From contig JAUSKK010000036.1 of NCBI GenBank assembly GCA_030649345.1, positions 1-32,000 on the forward strand: a stretch of 32,000 nt of DNA, read 5' to 3'. Shown here piece by piece: positions 8,596-16,037 of this stretch (positions are counted from its first letter, which is position 1; each line of letters opens with the position of its first letter). The position numbers were made by a program, and so were the translations under genes. Under the pieces are notes generated by a model that did not search any database, had not been told where the DNA came from, and saw only the letters and a program-made list of their open reading frames with translations. The stretch is from Candidatus Iainarchaeum sp. (lineage in GTDB: Archaea > Iainarchaeota > Iainarchaeia > Iainarchaeales > 0-14-0-20-34-12).

Positions 8596-10272
8596 ATGCT
8601 TGAAAAAGTAAAAGAAATTGCTTTCAAATACGGAGTCAAAAATGCGTTCATCCATGAAGGCAAAGCAGATGTAGGAGCTGTAGTCGGAAAAGTCAAAGCC
8701 ATGATTCCAGACATTGACTTAAAGAAAGCCATGCCAATTATCCAAGAAGCAGTCAAAGAAATTAATGGAATGAGCAAAGAAACTTTGGAAACAGAATACA
8801 AAAAGTTTGAAGAACAAGGCTATGAATTAAAACCCAAAGACAAACAAGAAGGATTACCAGCAATAGATTGGGCTGAACAAAAAGAAAAACCAATGATTAC
8901 ACGATTTGCACCCAATCCAACTGCACCTTTTCATTTAGGCAATGCACGCGCAGCTATCATTAGCCACGAATATGCACGCAAATATAATGGAAAATTTATT
9001 TTACGATTTGATGACACAGACCCTAAAGTAAAAAAATCAAGGGCGGACGCGGAAGAAATTTTCTTGCGAGACTTAACTTGGCTGGGAATTACAGTAGATG
9101 AAACTTATTTTGCGTCCGATCGATTAAGCACATACTATCATTACATGCGCGAACTCATTAAATTGGGAAAAATGTATGCTTGCACTTGTGAAACTGAAAA
9201 ATGGAAACAACTTATTGACAACAAACAAGGTTGTCCATGCCGAGATTTAGAACCAGAGAAAGTTGAAAAATTATTTGAACAAATGTTAAGCCATGAACTT
9301 AAAGAAGGACAAATTGTTTTACGAATGAAAACAGATTTACTGCACAATGATCCAAGCATAAGAGATTGGTGGGTTGCCAAAATTGTGGACAATCCAGAAC
9401 ATCCTAGAGTAGGAAGCACATACAAAGTTTGGCCTTCGTATAATTTTGCTTCAGCAATTGACGATCATGAATTGGGAATTACATTAATTGCACGAGGACA
9501 AGAACATGCACAAAATGGAACCAAACAAAAATATTTATACGATTATTTAGGCTGGGAATATCCTGCAGAAATTTATTTTGGCCGCGTGAAATTACAAGGA
9601 GTTATTTTGTCTAAATCTCAAATGGAAAAAGGAATCCAAGAAGGATTGTATACAGGTCATGATGATCCAAGATTGGGAACCATTCAAGCATTTCGAAGAA
9701 GAGGATTTAGACCAGAAGCATTGAAAGATGTGATTATTTTTATTGGAATTAAATCCAGCGATACTACTTTGGAATGGAATTTTATTTCCAGTGAAAACAA
9801 AAAATACATAGAAAAAGAAGCTGTACTGATTACGTTTTTAGAACAACCTGTGAACTTGCATGTTGATTTTTCTCCAGAAAAAACAGTGGAATTGAATGAA
9901 GGAATGTATGATTTAAAGCAAGGACATCAAAGTTTTTTGGTAGACCGGAAAGAAATTGAAAAATATGGTGTTGGAAAAATTGTACGATTAAAGCAAGCCT
10001 ACAATGTCCGCATTAAAAGCATGGATCCATTTGAAGTTCATTCCGAGTATGTGGCAGATATTAAAATCAAAGAAACCATTCCATGGCTATTGGAAGAAAA
10101 TGCAGTGGACGTACAAATAGTTATGCCCGACAATTCAAGGCTAGTGGGCAGTGCAGAAACTAGAATATTAGAACAAAAAGTTGGACAAATTGTACACTTG
10201 GAAAGATTGGGTTTCGGAAGGTTAGATTCATTGGAAGGAAATCAACCCATAGTATGGTTTACGCACAAATAA
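8596..10272 (+). CDS. gltX: Glutamyl-tRNA synthetase (archaeal type)
   Basis: RFAPNPTAPFHLGNARAAI (HIGH-type motif) and ILRFDDTDP, plus an N-terminal GatB/YqeY-like segment as in archaeal GluRS. 558 aa. Confidence 0.85.
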   Translation: MLEKVKEIAFKYGVKNAFIHEGKADVGAVVGKVKAMIPDIDLKKAMPIIQEAVKEINGMSKETLETEYKKFEEQGYELKPKDKQEGLPAIDWAEQKEKPMITRFAPNPTAPFHLGNARAAIISHEYARKYNGKFILRFDDTDPKVKKSRADAEEIFLRDLTWLGITVDETYFASDRLSTYYHYMRELIKLGKMYACTCETEKWKQLIDNKQGCPCRDLEPEKVEKLFEQMLSHELKEGQIVLRMKTDLLHNDPSIRDWWVAKIVDNPEHPRVGSTYKVWPSYNFASAIDDHELGITLIARGQEHAQNGTKQKYLYDYLGWEYPAEIYFGRVKLQGVILSKSQMEKGIQEGLYTGHDDPRLGTIQAFRRRGFRPEALKDVIIFIGIKSSDTTLEWNFISSENKKYIEKEAVLITFLEQPVNLHVDFSPEKTVELNEGMYDLKQGHQSFLVDRKEIEKYGVGKIVRLKQAYNVRIKSMDPFEVHSEYVADIKIKETIPWLLEENAVDVQIVMPDNSRLVGSAETRILEQKVGQIVHLERLGFGRLDSLEGNQPIVWFTHK

Positions 10273-10426
10273 TAGAAATTTAAGAGGCAAGGCACTATTT
10301 TTAAAGCTTTTGAAAGGCTAGTATTGTATACTGGTTTTATAGTCTACTTGCCGAAGGCAATTCGGAGGTATCGGAACCGAAGGTTCTGATTTAGACAGTA
10401 ACCGATGATAATTTGGAGGTTAGAAT

Positions 10427-10786
10427 ATGAGTTCATTTGAAGTACCTAAAGAATTAATGGCCAAGCAATTGGAAGTTTTGGAAAAAATAGCTAAAGGCGG
10501 CGGAAAATTCAAAGCCGGAGTGAATGAAGTAACAAAAGCCATTGAACGCGAAAAAGCCAAACTTGTTTTCATTGCTTTAGACGTTGACCCCAAAGAAATT
10601 GTAATGCATTTGCCTTTGATTTGCAAAGAAAAAAAGATTCCGTATACTTTTGTGGAAAGCAAAAAAGAATTGGGTGAAAAAGCAGGAATTAAAGTTCCCA
10701 CCAGTGCTTTAGCTGTCATGGATGAAGGAAAAGAAAAAAAAGAAGTAACAGATTTAGCTAAAAAATTAGCTGAATTGCAGGTTTAA
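10427..10786 (+). CDS. rpl7ae: 50S ribosomal protein L7Ae (K-turn binding protein)
   Basis: GVNEVTKAIEREKAKLVFIALDVDPKEIVMHLPLICKEKKIPY is the L7Ae signature. A GGAGGT SD lies upstream. Confidence 0.9.
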   Translation: MSSFEVPKELMAKQLEVLEKIAKGGGKFKAGVNEVTKAIEREKAKLVFIALDVDPKEIVMHLPLICKEKKIPYTFVESKKELGEKAGIKVPTSALAVMDEGKEKKEVTDLAKKLAELQV

Positions 10787-10801
10787 AGGAAGTGAAATCG
10801 T

Positions 10802-11011
10802 ATGGATGAAAAAGGAACACCAGCTGAAGTGGTTGAAATCATTAAACGCACAGGCGTCCAAGGCGAAATCACTCAAGTTATGTTAAAAATTTTGGACGGT
10901 CCAGAAAAAGGACGTGTAAAGCGAAGAAATGTAAAAGGCTTAATTCAAAAAGGCGATGTCGTAATTCTGTTAAGCACAGAAAGAGAAGCAGCTGAAATTA
11001 AAGCCAGATAA
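10802..11011 (+). CDS. rps28e: 30S ribosomal protein S28e
   Basis: [28 protein letters not shown]...[10 protein letters not shown]. Confidence 0.9.
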   Translation: MDEKGTPAEVVEIIKRTGVQGEITQVMLKILDGPEKGRVKRRNVKGLIQKGDVVILLSTEREAAEIKAR

Positions 11012-11029
11012 AAAATTGAGGGATAAATT

Positions 11030-11296
11030 ATGAATAATTGTTCATTTTGTGGAACTAACATTCAACAAGGTACTGGAATTATTTTTGTAAAAAGAACCGG
11101 AAAACGTTTTGATTTCTGTTCACGAAAATGTGAAAAAAATTTAATGAAATTAAATCGAAATCCAAGAAATTTCAAATGGACCCAAGAATACTGGAAAGAA
11201 AAAGGATTCCAGCAAGAAAAAGCAGGAAAAACTGAAACAGCTAAAAAAGAAGAAACTACAGAAAAGAAAGCTGTGAAACGAAAAAGAAAAAAGTAA
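11030..11296 (+). CDS. rpl24e: 50S ribosomal protein L24e
   Basis: CSFCGTNIQQGTGIIFVKRTGKRFDFCSRKCEKN zinc-ribbon N-terminus and a lysine-rich tail. Confidence 0.9.
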   Translation: MNNCSFCGTNIQQGTGIIFVKRTGKRFDFCSRKCEKNLMKLNRNPRNFKWTQEYWKEKGFQQEKAGKTETAKKEETTEKKAVKRKRKK

Positions 11297-11421
11297 ACAA
11301 TTCTGTGGTGCTGCAAGCACAATAAAACAAAATGTTTTATGTGCATCAAAATCAGCAGATTTTGATTGCACCACGTTCGACCAACCGGAACCCCGGTTGA
11401 AACGAAAGCGAAAAAAGTAAA
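11274..11421 (+). repeat. 24-nt direct repeat of the L24e 3' end (11274-11297 / 11398-11421, 22/24) bracketing a 100-nt multi-hairpin insert
   Basis: Read directly: TGAAACGAAAAAGAAAAAAGTAAA versus TGAAACGAAAGCGAAAAAAGTAAA. The insert stems are given in the findings. Confidence 0.8.
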
Positions 11422-11483
11422 ATAATTTAGTGGCACTGGCGCAGCAATGCAACAGTGTCACATACTATCAATCCGGTGATATT

Positions 11484-11948
11484 TTGGAACGAACGTTAAT
11501 TATTGTAAAACCAGATGCAGTTCAACGAGGCTTGGTCGGAGAAATTGTAAAAAGATTTGAAGACAAAGGCTTGAAAATTGTAGCCATGAAATTAGAAGTA
11601 TTGGCTGAAGAAAAACTCAAAGAACATTATGCGCATCATTCCACAAAACCATTTTTTCCTGAATTGGTCAACTTTATGAAAAGTACACCTAGTGTATTAA
11701 TGGTCTTGGAAGGCACAGAATGTGTTCGAGTGATTCGACAAATGTTGGGTGCCACCAATGGAAGAGATGCAACTTCTGGAACTTTACGCGGAGATTATTC
11801 CATTAGCAATCAAAATAATTTAGTTCATGCCAGTGAAAGTTTGGAAGCAGCAGAAAAAGAAATTGCTCGCTTTTTCAAAAAAGAAGAAGTCATGAATTAC
11901 ACCAAAACTTTAACTGAATGGTTTTATGCCAGTAAAGAAAAAAATTAA
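11484..11948 (+). CDS. ndk: Nucleoside diphosphate kinase, probable TTG start
   Basis: (M)ERTLIIVKPDAVQRGLVGEIVKRFE matches the canonical NDK N-terminus, and NLVHASES contains the active-site His. The track ORF (11430) adds 18 aa that overlap a strong hairpin. GGTGAT lies at 11475-11480. Confidence 0.85.
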   Translation: MERTLIIVKPDAVQRGLVGEIVKRFEDKGLKIVAMKLEVLAEEKLKEHYAHHSTKPFFPELVNFMKSTPSVLMVLEGTECVRVIRQMLGATNGRDATSGTLRGDYSISNQNNLVHASESLEAAEKEIARFFKKEEVMNYTKTLTEWFYASKEKN

Positions 11949-11957
11949 GGGATTGTT

Positions 11958-12401
11958 TTGAACACTGCAGATTTGAAAGTATTTATTCGAAAAGTAAACG
12001 AACAAGCCATCTTGCCGCAGTATGCTCATGAAAGCGATGCCGGCATGGATTTGTATGCTTGTGAAGAAACAGTTATTTTACCCGGGCAATGGAAAATGGT
12101 CAGTACTGGAATTTCCATTGAAATGCCGCATGGCCTAGAAGCTCAAGTGCGGCCTAGATCTGGATTGGCAGCCAAGCATGGTTTAAGTGTATTGAATACT
12201 CCGGGAACCATTGATCCAGATTATCGCGGAGAAATTAAAGTAATATTAATTAATTTTGGAAGCCAAGAATACAAAGTTGAATTTGGACACAAAATTGCTC
12301 AAATGGTTTTCAACAAAATTGAAAAACCCAAAATTGAAACAGTAGACCAATTAAGCGAAACCCAGCGCGGAGAAAAAGGCTTTGGTTCTACTGGAAAATA
12401 A
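11958..12401 (+). CDS. dut: dUTP diphosphatase (trimeric Dut type), TTG start
   Basis: SDAGMDLYA, RPRSGLAAKHGL, GTIDPDYRGEI and a C-terminal RGEKGFGSTG motif. Confidence 0.85.
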   Translation: MNTADLKVFIRKVNEQAILPQYAHESDAGMDLYACEETVILPGQWKMVSTGISIEMPHGLEAQVRPRSGLAAKHGLSVLNTPGTIDPDYRGEIKVILINFGSQEYKVEFGHKIAQMVFNKIEKPKIETVDQLSETQRGEKGFGSTGK

Positions 12402-12506
12402 TATTGATTGCATACGGGTCAAGGCGCTGAGCCAACCAAAAGAAATATCCATTCAAAGTGCAGGATTACAGAATCCTAAAACTTTGAATAACTGTGTGTG
12501 AAAATT

Positions 12507-14252
12507 ATGATTCGACAACCGATTATTGTAGTCATGGGCCATATTGACCATGGAAAAACCAAATTATTGGACAGAATTCGCGGAACCACTATAGCTGAAA
12601 GAGAAGCTGGAGCGATTACGCAACATATTGGTGCTACTGAATTACCTGAAAATAAAATTCAAGCTATTTCTGGAAACTTATTAAAGCAATTTGGATTTCA
12701 ATTAGAAATTCCAGGCTTATTGTTTATTGATACGCCTGGGCATGATGCATTCACGAATTTAAGAAGACGCGGTGGAAGCATTGCCGATTTATCTATTTTA
12801 GTTGTAGACTGCATGCAAGGAATTCAACCGCAAACTTTGGAAGCCATTCAAATTTTGAAAACATTCAAAGTACCGTTTGTGGTAGCGTTTAATAAAATTG
12901 ACAAATTACAAAACTGGCAAAGCAAGACAGGTTCGTTTTTAGAAAATGAAAAAATTCAAACTACCCATGCCCAAGAATTATTGGATAAAAAAATCTATGA
13001 ATTGGTTGGAAGATTGTTTGAATTAGGATTTGAAGCAGAACGCTTTGATCGAATTCAAGATTTCCGAAAACAAATAGCTATTGTTCCTTTGTCGGCTGTG
13101 GTGGGAGAAGGAATTCCTGAATTGTTAATGATGCTGTCTGGTTTAAGTCAAAAGTTTTTGAAAAACAAATTGGAAATCGGAGAACAAGAAAAATGCAAAG
13201 GCACTGTCTTGGAAGTCAAAGAAGACAAAGGCCTAGGAACAACATTGGATGTAATTTTATACGAAGGATCTTTACGCGTAGGAGATATCATTGCTGTTGG
13301 AACCAAACAAGGAGTCACTGAAACCAAAATTCGTACTTTACTCAAACCCAAACCATTATCGGAAATACGGGATGAAAAAAATGTATTCAAATCAGTAGAA
13401 TCTGTAAGCGCGGCTTGCGGAGTAAAAATTTCCGCTCCAAACTTAGAAAATGTTTTAGCGGGTTCTCCAGTATTGGATGCCAGTGTGGAATCACGGCAAC
13501 AAATATTGGATGAAATTAAATCCATTAAAATTTCAACCGAAGATATTGGCTTAGTCATCAAAGCAGATACTTTAGGATCCTTGGAAGCATTGATTGGATT
13601 AATGAAAAACAATCAAATTCCAGTACGATCCGCAGATGTAGGAATGGTTACCAAAAAAGATGTCATGGAAGCTTTGGCTTCAAAAGAAAAAGATGTTTAC
13701 CATGGCTGTATTGTTGCATTCAATGTAGAAATTGATAAAACTGCAGAAGACGAAGCCAAAAAAAGAGAGATTCAATTATTTTCAGGAAAAGTAGTGTACA
13801 CCATTATTGATGAATATTCAAATTGGGTAAAAACTCAAAAAGATCAAATGAAAAAAAACAAGTCTACTTTCTTGATAAGTCCAGCAAAAATTGAAGTATT
13901 GCGAGGCTTTGTTTTTAGAAGATCCGATCCAGCCGTGGTTGGCGTAAAAGTATTGATTGGAAAAATTAAATCCAAAACAACATTGATTAATGAAAATACA
14001 ATGGTACGATTGCAGGGATTGCAGGAAGAAAAAAAGGCTGTTGAATCTGCAGAAAAAGGAAAAGAACTGGCAGCATCCTTAGAGAATGCAGTCATTGGCC
14101 GAAACTTGTTTGAAGGAGATATATTGTATACGTATATTCCAGAAAGCCAATTTGAAGAAATTCCAAAGTATTTGGAGCTAAATTCTGAAGAATTGGCCTT
14201 ACTGGAGGAAATAAAAAATGTTCAAATCAAACATAAAGAGAACGGAGGATAA
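12507..14252 (+). CDS. infB: Translation initiation factor aIF5B (IF-2 homologue)
   Basis: GHIDHGKTKLLD, DTPGH and NKID GTPase motifs; about 580 aa. GTG 12498 is an alternative start. Confidence 0.9.
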   Translation: MIRQPIIVVMGHIDHGKTKLLDRIRGTTIAEREAGAITQHIGATELPENKIQAISGNLLKQFGFQLEIPGLLFIDTPGHDAFTNLRRRGGSIADLSILVVDCMQGIQPQTLEAIQILKTFKVPFVVAFNKIDKLQNWQSKTGSFLENEKIQTTHAQELLDKKIYELVGRLFELGFEAERFDRIQDFRKQIAIVPLSAVVGEGIPELLMMLSGLSQKFLKNKLEIGEQEKCKGTVLEVKEDKGLGTTLDVILYEGSLRVGDIIAVGTKQGVTETKIRTLLKPKPLSEIRDEKNVFKSVESVSAACGVKISAPNLENVLAGSPVLDASVESRQQILDEIKSIKISTEDIGLVIKADTLGSLEALIGLMKNNQIPVRSADVGMVTKKDVMEALASKEKDVYHGCIVAFNVEIDKTAEDEAKKREIQLFSGKVVYTIIDEYSNWVKTQKDQMKKNKSTFLISPAKIEVLRGFVFRRSDPAVVGVKVLIGKIKSKTTLINENTMVRLQGLQEEKKAVESAEKGKELAASLENAVIGRNLFEGDILYTYIPESQFEEIPKYLELNSEELALLEEIKNVQIKHKENGG

Positions 14253-14255
14253 ATA

Positions 14256-14316
14256 AATGGTTCCAAAATTCGAAAGAATTTTGAAACTTTAAAAAACACG
14301 GAGGTTTTTTAATGGC
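14256..14316 (+). repeat. 61-nt module, copy A (84% identical to 24835-24895): inverted repeat + AAACTTTAAAAAA + G-rich box + TTTTTTAATG
   Basis: A by-eye alignment gives 51/61 identities. Inverted repeat CAAAATTC (14264-14271) / GAATTTTG (14276-14283). AATGG occurs at both ends (14256 and 14311). Confidence 0.8.
14288..14296 (+). promoter_or_regulatory. TATA-like TTTAAAAAA exactly 24 nt upstream of the S6e ATG
   Basis: The same 9-mer lies at the same 24-nt distance from the ATG at 17303 (spt4) and 24867 (dnaJ). Promoter function is not proven, because GGAGG between the box and the ATG could instead be an SD. Confidence 0.4.
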
Positions 14317-14734
14317 CGCGCCAAAATTAGATCAAAAAGTTGGAATGAATTTAGTAATCTCAGACCCAAAGACTGGAAACAGTTACAAAAAAGATACAGA
14401 ACAGCCTGTTTTTTTAAATAAAAAAGTTGGTGAAACTGTAGACTTAAGCACAGTTGGATTGCAAGGCTATAAAGCTTTGATTACCGGCGGAAGTGACAAA
14501 GATGGTTTTCCATTAAAGCCTACTTTGCCTGGAAGTGCAAGAAAAAAAGTATTGATTTCCCGAGGAGTTGGTTTACGACAAACCATTAAAGGCAGCCGGA
14601 GAAGAATTCGAGTCCGAGGAAATCTTATTGCAGATGACGTACGACAAGTGAATTTAAAAATCACAGAATATGGAACACCTACATTGGAAACCATTTTCCC
14701 AAAAGCACCCAAAGCAGAAGACCAAGCAAAATAG
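14312..14734 (+). CDS. rps6e: 30S ribosomal protein S6e
   Basis: NLVISDPKTGNSYKK...GGSDKDGFPLKP...RRRIRVRGN are S6e motifs. An internal ATG at 14345 is an alternative start. Confidence 0.9.
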   Translation: MAAPKLDQKVGMNLVISDPKTGNSYKKDTEQPVFLNKKVGETVDLSTVGLQGYKALITGGSDKDGFPLKPTLPGSARKKVLISRGVGLRQTIKGSRRRIRVRGNLIADDVRQVNLKITEYGTPTLETIFPKAPKAEDQAK

Positions 14735-14747
14735 TTTTTGCGGGTCA

Positions 14748-14767
14748 CAGAAAACCAAGGTTTTCTG
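14748..14767 (+). terminator. 8-bp hairpin after S6e
   Basis: CAGAAAAC-caag-GTTTTCTG. The left arm repeats 11/12 nt of the S6e 3' end (14715-14726). Confidence 0.35.
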
Positions 14768-14813
14768 AAGAAACAAAAAAAGAATAATAAAATAAATGGA
14801 TGTGAACTAACTC

Positions 14814-16037
14814 ATGGCTGGAAAAAAAGTAAAAACAGACAGCAGTGCACAATGCGTGCAAGCTGAAGTGAATATTGGTTTAGCCGGCCATGTAGATGCA
14901 GGAAAAACAACTTTAACTCAAGCATTGAGTGGAAAATGGACAGACACGCATAGTGAAGAATTAAAGCGCGGAATTTCAATACGATTGGGATATGCGGATA
15001 TTGGAATTTATAAATGCAGTAAATGCAAAGAATTTAATTATTCGAATACCAGTGAATGCCCACAGTGTAAATCTCCAGGTATTTTAGACCGCAAAGTTAG
15101 TTTTGTGGATGCGCCAGGGCATGAAACATTAATGACTACTATGTTAAGTGGAGCTGCACTTATGCAAGGCGCTTTGTTGGTAATTGCCGCCAATGAAACT
15201 TGCCCGCAAGCACAAACCATTGAACACTTGAATGCATTAATTATCAGCGGCATCGAGCAAGTCATTGTAGTGCAAAGCAAAGTAGATTTGGTCACCGAAG
15301 AACGAGCATTGGAAAGTCATAAAGAAATTAAAGAATTTTTGAAAGACACCCAATACAAAAACGCGCCCATTGTACCCATTGCAGCACATTTCAAAATCAA
15401 TATTGATATATTATTGGAAGAAATTCAAAAAAGTATTTCTTCGCCGAAATTTGATTCTACAAAACCATTGAAAATGTTTTGTGCACGATCTTTTGATATT
15501 AATAAACCAGGAACGCTTCCTTCAGAATTACATGGAAGTGTTTTAGGCGGAACCATTATTCAAGGAACCATCAAAAAAGGAGACACCATTGAATTAACTC
15601 CTTGGCTGGATGGAAAACAAATTCAAACCAAAGTTATTGAAATTCGAACCAGCGATGGAGTCTTAGAAGAAGCCAAGCCAGGCGGTTTAATTGCAATAGA
15701 AACTTTATTGGATCCAAGTTTAGCACAAAACGATCAGCTTAAAGGCCAAAACATTGGAGCTGTAGGAATATTCTCTGAACCTACCACAGTCTTGAAAATA
15801 GAAATGCATTTTTTGGATCGAGTTGTTGTCAGCAGTGCTAAACGAGTAGTGCAAGGAGATGACTTGGTTTTAACAGTTGGAACTGCAACTTTGTTGGGAA
15901 TTGTTTCCAGCGTAAAAGGAAATACTGTAGTTGTTGCTTTGAAGAAACCAGCCGTAGCTGAAAAAGAACAAAAACTTGCAGTCAGCAAACGAGACCAAAT
16001 GAAATGGAGATTAATTGCTTACGCAATCAATAAATAA
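14814..16037 (+). CDS. eif2g: Translation initiation factor aIF2 gamma subunit
   Basis: GHVDAGKTTL, the zinc-ribbon insert CSKCKE...CPQCKS, DAPGH and SKVD; 407 aa. Confidence 0.9.
   Translation: MAGKKVKTDSSAQCVQAEVNIGLAGHVDAGKTTLTQALSGKWTDTHSEELKRGISIRLGYADIGIYKCSKCKEFNYSNTSECPQCKSPGILDRKVSFVDAPGHETLMTTMLSGAALMQGALLVIAANETCPQAQTIEHLNALIISGIEQVIVVQSKVDLVTEERALESHKEIKEFLKDTQYKNAPIVPIAAHFKINIDILLEEIQKSISSPKFDSTKPLKMFCARSFDINKPGTLPSELHGSVLGGTIIQGTIKKGDTIELTPWLDGKQIQTKVIEIRTSDGVLEEAKPGGLIAIETLLDPSLAQNDQLKGQNIGAVGIFSEPTTVLKIEMHFLDRVVVSSAKRVVQGDDLVLTVGTATLLGIVSSVKGNTVVVALKKPAVAEKEQKLAVSKRDQMKWRLIAYAINK

Noticed and set aside
10370-10410. C/D-box sRNA or canonical K-turn in the L7Ae leader (CUGA at 10386, GAUGA at 10404)
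   Set aside because: No RUGAUGA box occurs on either strand. The CUGA/GAUGA pair cannot be placed on opposite strands of a helix with a 3-nt bulge in the hairpins I can draw. It is kept only as something to test.
11305-11374. Cloverleaf-like fold (7-bp closing stem plus internal hairpins) that might be a tRNA or tRNA-like gene
   Set aside because: It has no GTTCRANYC T-loop. The candidate anticodon loop (CAAAATG) lacks U33 and purine 37. It has no D-arm consensus, and the arm lengths are wrong. I treat it as part of the structured insert.
12463-12478. AGGATT-acag-AATCCT as an anticodon arm of an unannotated tRNA
   Set aside because: The loop length is wrong (4-6 nt), and no acceptor or T-arm partners occur on either strand.
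14257-14292. Mini-ORFs MVPKFERILKL (14257) and MVPKFF (24836) as conserved leader peptides
   Set aside because: Conservation continues at the nucleotide level past the differing stop positions and across the palindrome. The shared MVPKF is a by-product of the repeated DNA module.
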